Positions 24,982-32,000 of a stretch of DNA of 32,000 nt are shown one piece after another. The notes under the pieces are model-generated. The model was not told the DNA's origin. It saw nothing but the letters and a program-made list of their open reading frames with translations, and made no database searches. Source of the stretch: Methanocaldococcus jannaschii DSM 2661 (GTDB lineage Archaea > AGJL01 > Methanococci > Methanococcales > Methanocaldococcaceae); NCBI RefSeq assembly GCF_000091665.1, contig NC_000909.1:503581-535580 (forward strand). Direction: 5' to 3'. Position 1 is the first letter of the stretch. Each line of letters starts with the position of its first letter. A program made the position numbers and the translations under genes.

Positions 24982-26034
24982 ATGAAGGTTGAAGAAATAT
25001 TGGAGAATGCAAGAAAGGCATTTAAATTAACAACAAAACATTTCGGAAATACAGTTACATTTGAGAGGGCTCTTTTTTTAGGTTGGTATTGTAATCTAAA
25101 ACAGCCATGTAAGTTTTGCTACATGGCTACACAGAAAAACAAAATAAAAGACCCAAGAAAGGCAAGAAGAAGATTGGAGAGTGTTTTAGCTGAGGCAATT
25201 TTAATGAAAAGAATTGGTTGGAAATTAGAGTTTATCTCTGGTGGTTATGGCTATACACCCAAAGAAATAAATGATATTGCTGAAATGGTGGCTTATGTTC
25301 AAAAATGTAGGCAGTATTTGAATGTTGGAGTTATTGATTTAGACAACATTAATTTGGATGTAATTGAAGGAGTTGTAGGGGCTGTTGAAACTGTAAGCAA
25401 AGATAGGGATTGGATTTGCCCAGGAAAGCCATTAGATAAGATTAAAGATAATTTATTAAAAGCTAAAGAATTGGGTTTAAAGACAGGGATAACAATAATA
25501 TTAGGATTAGGAGAAAAAGAGGAAGATATTGAGAAGTTATTAAATTTAATTGAGGAGTTGGATTTAAATAGAATTACCTTCTACTCTCTAAATCCACAAA
25601 AAGGAACTATTTATGAAAACAAACCATCAGTAACTACAATAGAGTATATGAACTGGGTTTCTTCTGTTAGGTTGAATTTCCCAAAGATTAAGATTATTAC
25701 TGGAGTTTGGGTTGACAAAATTCCAATGATAAGCCCATTAATTATGAGTGGCTCCAATGTAATAACCAAATTCCCATTATTTTCAGTATTTGGAACAAAG
25801 GAAGCTCATTGGATAGAGAAAGAGATTTTAGCAACTGGTAGAGAGTTGTTAGGGACATTTACAGATATTGATATCTTGGCTGGAAAAAAAGTGTTAGAGA
25901 AAACCCCATACATAGAGGAAGAGATAAATATAAGTAGCGAAAATATTAAGAGGGTTGAGGAGCTTAGAGAAAATATAAATGAGAGAATAGAAAGTTATGT
26001 ATCTAAAGTTTTAAGGAAGATTAAAGCCAGTTAA
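24982..26034 (+). CDS. Radical-SAM superfamily protein, BioB/HydE/HcgA-like, with a non-canonical CX5CX2C cluster motif
   Basis: GWYCNLKQPCKFCYMATQ sits where radical-SAM enzymes carry CX3CX2C, and is followed by a TIM-barrel-like pattern (FISGGYG..., ITIILGLGE). ATG 24982 follows the SD gggagagag. The track start at 24961 is TTG. Confidence 0.75.
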   Translation: MKVEEILENARKAFKLTTKHFGNTVTFERALFLGWYCNLKQPCKFCYMATQKNKIKDPRKARRRLESVLAEAILMKRIGWKLEFISGGYGYTPKEINDIAEMVAYVQKCRQYLNVGVIDLDNINLDVIEGVVGAVETVSKDRDWICPGKPLDKIKDNLLKAKELGLKTGITIILGLGEKEEDIEKLLNLIEELDLNRITFYSLNPQKGTIYENKPSVTTIEYMNWVSSVRLNFPKIKIITGVWVDKIPMISPLIMSGSNVITKFPLFSVFGTKEAHWIEKEILATGRELLGTFTDIDILAGKKVLEKTPYIEEEINISSENIKRVEELRENINERIESYVSKVLRKIKAS

Positions 26035-26053
26035 TCTAATTTTTTGGGATAAA

Positions 26054-26923
26054 ATGGAAGTTAAACCTTTTTTAAAATGGGCTGGAGGAAAAACACAAAT
26101 TTTAAGTCAAATAGAAGAAAATTTACCAAAAGAATTGAAGGAAGGAAACATTAAAAAATATATAGAACCCTTTGTTGGTGGAGGGGCAGTTTTATTTTAC
26201 CTTTTACAAAAATACGAATTTAAAAAAGTTATTATCAGTGATATTAACGAGGATTTGATGCTATGCTATAAAGTTGTTAAAAATGATGTCGATAGATTAA
26301 TTGAGGAGTTATCATCCTTAAGGGATGAATTTTTATCATTGGATGAAGAAAAAAGGAAAGAATTTTATTATAAAGTTAGAGATGACTTTAACAAAAACAA
26401 GAATGATTGTGATGAAGTTAAAAGAGTGGCACAGTTTATATTTTTAAATAAAACATGTTATAATGGGCTATATAGGGTTAATAAAAAAGGAGAATTTAAT
26501 GTTCCTTATGGAAGGTATAAAAACCCAAAGATTTTTGATGAACAAAATTTGAAAAATGTTTCAAAATTATTAAAGAACGTTAAAATCCTCTGTGGAGATT
26601 TTGAGATTGTTGATGAGTATGTTGATGCTGAAAGCTTTGTTTATTTCGATCCACCATATAAGCCGTTAAATAAAACATCTTCCTTCACATCCTATACAAA
26701 GTATGATTTTAACGATGATGATCAAATTAGATTGGCAAAATTTTATAGAAAATTGGATAAAAGAGGGGCTAAGTTGATGTTAAGCAACTCTTATAATGTT
26801 GATTTCTTTGGAAAGCTTTATGAGGGCTTTAATATAAAAAAGGTTGTTGCTAAGAGGATGATTAACTGCAAAGGAGATAAAAGAAAAGATGGTATATATG
26901 AGTTATTGATTATGAATTATTGA
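26054..26923 (+). CDS. mjaIIIM: Dam-family N6-adenine DNA methyltransferase (probable GATC specificity)
   Basis: The N-terminus PFLKWAGGKTQIL and the catalytic FVYFDPPY are as in E. coli Dam and DpnM. The gene symbol is from memory of REBASE/UniProt naming. Confidence 0.92.
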   Translation: MEVKPFLKWAGGKTQILSQIEENLPKELKEGNIKKYIEPFVGGGAVLFYLLQKYEFKKVIISDINEDLMLCYKVVKNDVDRLIEELSSLRDEFLSLDEEKRKEFYYKVRDDFNKNKNDCDEVKRVAQFIFLNKTCYNGLYRVNKKGEFNVPYGRYKNPKIFDEQNLKNVSKLLKNVKILCGDFEIVDEYVDAESFVYFDPPYKPLNKTSSFTSYTKYDFNDDDQIRLAKFYRKLDKRGAKLMLSNSYNVDFFGKLYEGFNIKKVVAKRMINCKGDKRKDGIYELLIMNY

Positions 26924-26942
26924 ATAATTTTAAGGTGATTTA

Positions 26943-27542
26943 ATGCAAATAAAGCCATTTGAAGAGAATAAGCCCTATCCAGAATGGGATCCAGATGAGC
27001 CAGATAAAGTCCCAGGAATTCCTAATTGGAATAGAAATTTTGGAAATATCATAATAGAATTTGATAAAGGTACTCGAACATGTTATTATCATAGAAAAAA
27101 GAAAAATAAATATGATGTTGAATGTGGAGATTACAGAATAAAAATTACGTATTCACAAAAAAATTGGAATAAAAAAGTAGTTTATGACAATGATGCTTGG
27201 AAATGGTTAGTTGATTGTTTAGATCCAACGGAAATTAATAAATTCTTATGCCATCTATGTAAAATACTTGATATGAATATAGATAAAGATGTTTATGATT
27301 ACCTAATCAATAATGTTAATTTTAGTGTAAATAACAATGACTTGAGGGCATTATTATATTATTTCTGGCATCGTGCAATCATTGAAGATAGAATATACTC
27401 ACAAAAGAAGGGATATAACGGAAGAAAGCAAGTAATTGGTGCAACTTATGAAGTATTAAAAGAATTACGTAATAATCAAAATAGAGTTTATTTATATGAA
27501 AAATGTGATGAGATTTATAAAATGGCAAAAAAGAAATTGTAA
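26943..27542 (+). CDS. Hypothetical 199-aa protein located between the methyltransferase and restriction genes
   Basis: An SD aaggtga lies upstream, 19 nt after the methyltransferase stop. No methyltransferase, HTH or nuclease motif was recognised by eye. Confidence 0.6.
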   Translation: MQIKPFEENKPYPEWDPDEPDKVPGIPNWNRNFGNIIIEFDKGTRTCYYHRKKKNKYDVECGDYRIKITYSQKNWNKKVVYDNDAWKWLVDCLDPTEINKFLCHLCKILDMNIDKDVYDYLINNVNFSVNNNDLRALLYYFWHRAIIEDRIYSQKKGYNGRKQVIGATYEVLKELRNNQNRVYLYEKCDEIYKMAKKKL

Positions 27543-27595
27543 AGAATTGTATAACGAATTAACGAAGAAACCATCAAAATAATTAAGGGATATTT

Positions 27596-28468
27596 ATGAA
27601 TTTTGAATACATCATTAACAGCCTCTTAGAAACCATAAAAACCTACAATTTCTTTGTAGATTGGGAAAAAATTGAAAATAATATAAAAAAGATAGAGAAA
27701 AGATTACATATCCTAAATTATCTAATTGGAAAAGAGAATTTTAAAGAGGAGTTTTTTGAATTACTAAAAGAGTATCCAGAGGTTATTACTGTTTTTCCAA
27801 TTTTAATAGCTGTTAGAGATAACAAAATAACAATTTTAAACGAAAATATGGAATTAGAAACCTTAGAATTTAAAGAAAAGAAATATTTAACTGATGAAGA
27901 AATTGAAAGATATTATAAATTTTTTAAAGAGACTGGATTGGAGGATTTGTTAAAAAATAGAAAAATAAAGAATTTAGTGGATTATGTTTTTGGTGTTGAG
28001 GTAGGAATGGACACCAATGCAAGGAAAAATAGAATTGGAGATTTAATGGAAAATATTGTTAAAAAATATATTGAAAATCTATGCAAACAAAATAAAAACC
28101 TTGATTATATCTTCCAAGCAACAAAAGATAAAATAAAACAAAAATGGGGAATAAATTTAACATTGGATAAAACAAATAGAAAATTTGATTTTGCAGTTTT
28201 TAATAAAAACACTAAAAAGTTATATCTCATTGAAGTTAATTTTTATAGTGGAGGAGGTTCAAAGTTAAAAGCTACTGCTGGAGAGTATAGATCATTAAAT
28301 GAATTTATAAAAAACAATAACAATAATGTTCAATTTATATGGATAACTGATGGAAAGGGATGGAATACAGCAAAGAATCCATTAAAAGAAAGTTTTAATA
28401 GTGGAGTTGTTATATTAAACTTAAAAATGGTTAAAGAAGGATTATTAAAAGAAATATTAACTCAGTAA
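27596..28468 (+). CDS. mjaIIIR: DpnII/MboI-family type II restriction endonuclease (probable GATC)
   Basis: The N-terminal region FFVDW...LNYLIGKENFKEEFFELLKEYPEVITVFPILIAVR resembles DpnII/MboI family proteins as I remember them. It is adjacent to a Dam-type methyltransferase. Confidence 0.8.
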   Translation: MNFEYIINSLLETIKTYNFFVDWEKIENNIKKIEKRLHILNYLIGKENFKEEFFELLKEYPEVITVFPILIAVRDNKITILNENMELETLEFKEKKYLTDEEIERYYKFFKETGLEDLLKNRKIKNLVDYVFGVEVGMDTNARKNRIGDLMENIVKKYIENLCKQNKNLDYIFQATKDKIKQKWGINLTLDKTNRKFDFAVFNKNTKKLYLIEVNFYSGGGSKLKATAGEYRSLNEFIKNNNNNVQFIWITDGKGWNTAKNPLKESFNSGVVILNLKMVKEGLLKEILTQ

Positions 28469-28570
28469 TATTAGATTTAAAATTGTGAATGATACCATTA
28501 TTCAATTTCCAAAATGTATAAAAACTTGATCTTGAAAATAATATTGAAACTAAACTTTAAATAATATTAA

Positions 28571-29383
<813 letters not shown>

Positions 29384-29385
29384 TT

Positions 29386-30171
29386 TTAATTTTTTATACT
29401 CTCTTTTAATAAAACAATCTGCTCTCTCAATTTGTGATTTCCCACTTTTCTGGCAATATTTAAAATTGATTCAATCTCTTCATCAAAATTTTTTAAAATG
29501 CCTTCCTCAATTCTATAAATCTTTAAATTTATTAAGAAGAGGGCTTCATAATCAAAAGATGATTTAAATTCTTTTTTGTCTATAAAGTCTTTAACCATCT
29601 CTAAAATTTTTATAATTGACAATCTCTTCTGTATAAATTCTTCAGTTAATTTTCTCCTTCTTCTTCCAGTTAATAATAGCTCAATCTCATTTTTTAATTC
29701 ATAACTTCCAACTCTTAAAGCCATGTTAGTTAAGCTCCTAACTTCGGAATTATAATCTAAAACAATCCCATTATCCAACCTCAAAATTTTTAAACCAATT
29801 AGATTTAGGATGAGTTTATCTTCATAAGATTTGTATGGCTTCTTCTCTATATAACTCTTTAGATACTCTAAAATCTCAATAATCTTTTTTATTTTATTTT
29901 TTTGGGATTTTGTTAATCTTTTCCTTTCTCCAAATAGTAAAAGGCTTATTTCCCTCTTCATATCAAAACTACCAACTTTTTTAGCTATTTCTGAAATTTT
30001 GCTTGCTATTGGTAATATATCATCATCTAAAACATATCCTTTTTCAAGGTAATCTAACATCAATCTTATAATTGCCTTCTCATCACTGCCTTCCTTTGCA
30101 TACATCTCTAAAATTTCTAAAATATGTATAAATTGCTCAATAATCTCTATTTTGCTTTTTTCTAACAGCAT
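29386..30171 (-). CDS. Hypothetical helical protein built of three tandem ~88-aa repeats
   Basis: The internal repeat signature A(K/R)(K/R)VG(S/N)x(D/E/K)(M/L)K..I.LL recurs with VG at residues 66-67, 154-155 and 243-244. Units 1 and 2 end in basic linkers (GERKRLT and GRRRRKLT). Confidence 0.6.
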   Translation of the reverse strand: MLLEKSKIEIIEQFIHILEILEMYAKEGSDEKAIIRLMLDYLEKGYVLDDDILPIASKISEIAKKVGSFDMKREISLLLFGERKRLTKSQKNKIKKIIEILEYLKSYIEKKPYKSYEDKLILNLIGLKILRLDNGIVLDYNSEVRSLTNMALRVGSYELKNEIELLLTGRRRRKLTEEFIQKRLSIIKILEMVKDFIDKKEFKSSFDYEALFLINLKIYRIEEGILKNFDEEIESILNIARKVGNHKLREQIVLLKESIKN

Positions 30172-30210
30172 TTGAATCCCTTAAGAGAAAATTATAAAAA
30201 TAAGTTAAAA

Positions 30211-31491
30211 TTATTCTAAACCCTCAAACACATCCTCCATAGCCTTTATTGTCTTATCAACAACCTCATCATCATGTTTTATTGAGGTAAAGCAACATTC
30301 AAACTGTGAAGGAGGAACAAAAACCCCTTTCTCCAACAATCTCCAGAAGTATTTCATAAATTTCTCAGTATCACTCTGCTTGGCAATCTCATAATTCACA
30401 ACTTCCTTATCATTGAAGTAGATTTGGAACATTGAAGCAATGTTATAAACCTTAGCTTTAATATTATGTTTATCAGCCAACTCTCTTAAAGTATCTGCCA
30501 ATATCTTAGCAGTTCTTGCTGTTTCTTTATAAAACCTATCATCCAACTGCTTAAGAGTGGCGATTCCAGCAGTTATTGATATTGGATTTCCGTTGAATGT
30601 TCCTGCTTGATATATAGCTCCCAATGGAGAAAACTGCTCCATAAGCTCTCTTCTCCCCACAATAGCACCGATTGGAAATCCTCCTCCCAATATCTTTCCT
30701 AAGGTAGCTATATCTGGAACTACTCCAAAATACTCCTGAGCTCCTCCCTTAGCTAATCTAAACCCAGTTATAACCTCATCAAATATCAACAAAATATCAT
30801 TTTCCTCAGTTATCTCTCTTAAAAACTCTAAATAACCTTCTTTTGGTAATATACAACCAACATTTCCCATAATTGGCTCAACTATAATACAGGCAATTTC
30901 ATCTTTATTTTCATTTATTGCTTTTTTTACAGCATCTTCATCATTAAACGGAATTAAGATAGTATTTTTTGTTGTCTCTTCTGGGATTCCTGGAGAGTTT
31001 GGATGTCCGTGGGTTAGAGCACCACTTCCACTCTTAACCAAAACATAGTCATGAGCTCCATGATAAGCTCCATCAAACTTAATAATCTTCTTCCTTCCAG
31101 TAACTCCTCTTGCCAATCTTATAGCTGACATCGTCGCCTCAGTCCCAGAATTAACAAATCTAACCATCTCAGCACATGGAACTCTTTTAACAACCTCTTT
31201 AGCTAAAATAATCTCTTTCTCTGTTGGGCATCCATAAGCACTTCCTAATTCAAGTTGCTCTTTAACTGCTTTAATCACAGCATCATTTGCATGCCCTAAA
31301 ACCATCGGCCCGTAAGCTAAGCAGTAATCAATATAGCAGTTTCCATCAACATCAAATAAATAGCAATCTTTAGCTTTCTCAACAAAAAATGGATATGGTT
31401 TAAAATATCTAACTGGACTATTAACTCCTCCAACCAAATATTTTTTAGCCTCTTCAAATAATTCCTTTGACTTGTCCATTTTTAAGGCCAT
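30211..31491 (-). CDS. hemL: Glutamate-1-semialdehyde 2,1-aminomutase
   Basis: [21 protein letters not shown]..., and the class-III aminotransferase PLP region FDEVITGFR...LGKILGGG. An SD GGTGA lies 4 nt before ATG 31491 (MALKMDKS...). The track start at 31548 adds 19 poorly supported residues. Confidence 0.95.
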
Positions 31492-31559
31492 ATTTTCACC
31501 TTTACATTTTCTCATTAACTTCTTCCATAATGGAGAGGAATTAACCATCGATTTTATTC

Positions 31560-31862
31560 TTAATACAACACTCTTCCTTCCTCTAAAACATTCCTATGGA
31601 ATGACCAATTTATTTTTTTATTAAATAATTCCTCACTCTCAACAATTGCATTTATAACAACTCCATACTTCAATAGCAATTTAGTGCATAAATCAATAAC
31701 ATAATCAAAATCCACATCCCCAACTATTAAAATGTCAATATCACTCTCTTCAGTGTAATCTCCCCTTGCATAGCTACCAAATAGTATAATTTTCTTAATT
31801 CTACCTCTATATTTTGATTTTAATGCATTCACAAACTCTTTTATTGCTTTTTCTTCATTCAT
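31560..31862 (-). CDS. Minimal nucleotidyltransferase (MNT), antitoxin-type partner of a HEPN protein
   Basis: The GS-x-ARG-x(n)-SDIDILIV motif ([22 protein letters not shown]). The protein is 100 aa, and its ATG overlaps the upstream HEPN stop (ATGA). Confidence 0.85.
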   Translation of the reverse strand: MNEEKAIKEFVNALKSKYRGRIKKIILFGSYARGDYTEESDIDILIVGDVDFDYVIDLCTKLLLKYGVVINAIVESEELFNKKINWSFHRNVLEEGRVLY

Positions 31863-32000
31863 AATATCTCCTTTAATGCCTTTTTTATCCTATCAACAAA
31901 CATCTCCGCCTCATATATTATTGATTCTGCTTCTTCTTCAGTTGGCTTGTCAGTTGTATAATCTGCCTTCCATCTTAAATTATAACTTTTTGTTATTATT
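31859..32000 (-). CDS. HEPN-domain protein, C-terminal part (the ORF runs off the right edge)
   Basis: The frame ending at TGA (complement of 31859-31861) reads ...[46 protein letters not shown]. The R-x-x-ADY segment and the helical tail resemble small HEPN proteins paired with MNTs. Confidence 0.65.
   Translation of the reverse strand, partial: IITKSYNLRWKADYTTDKPTEEEAESIIYEAEMFVDRIKKALKEIL

Noticed and set aside
31492-31548. 19-codon N-terminal extension of hemL in the track ORF ([19 protein letters not shown])
   Set aside because: GGTGA sits 4 nt upstream of the internal ATG 31491, and the conserved HemL sequence begins there. The extension has no SD.

Overview
This is a very AT-rich (roughly 30% G+C by eye) archaeal chromosome segment. 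The protein sequences, the GGTGA-type Shine-Dalgarno (SD) sites and the CRISPR repeat point to Methanocaldococcus jannaschii or a very close relative. From memory this is roughly the MJ0566-MJ0605 region, but I cannot verify locus tags here. Reading left to right, the window contains:
- feoAB (feoB runs off the left edge), divergent from a DtxR-family repressor gene
- hemC and a PP-loop Dph6-like ATPase gene
- a 13-repeat CRISPR array with a ~450-bp leader and no cas genes in the window
- aspartate kinase and a TPR protein gene
- three small stress/redox-looking operons, each preceded by a ~90% identical 60-bp element: OsmC-like; TehA-type transporter plus Usp; thioredoxin-like/CGGC/Zn-ribbon/ArsP-like permease
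- a NifX-like gene followed by two MinD/ferredoxin ATPase genes
- MBF1, several mini membrane ORFs and truD
- a C2H2 zinc-finger micro-ORF and an ADP-forming acetyl-CoA synthetase gene
- a HesB-like selenoprotein gene (in-frame TGA plus SECIS) that the ORF track misses
- the psmA-SBDS-rpl37ae-rpoP-Brix-pcc1-rplX cluster
- a radical-SAM gene with a CX5CX2C motif
- a Dam/DpnII-type GATC restriction-modification cassette with an unknown middle gene
- thi4, a triple-repeat protein gene, hemL and a HEPN-MNT pair (HEPN runs off the right edge)
No tRNA or rRNA genes were seen. Many track ORF starts were moved to the ATG that lies 4-8 nt after a GGTGA-like SD. About 20 track ORFs are antisense shadows of real genes and were rejected. 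All homology calls rest on motif recognition by eye, not on database searches.
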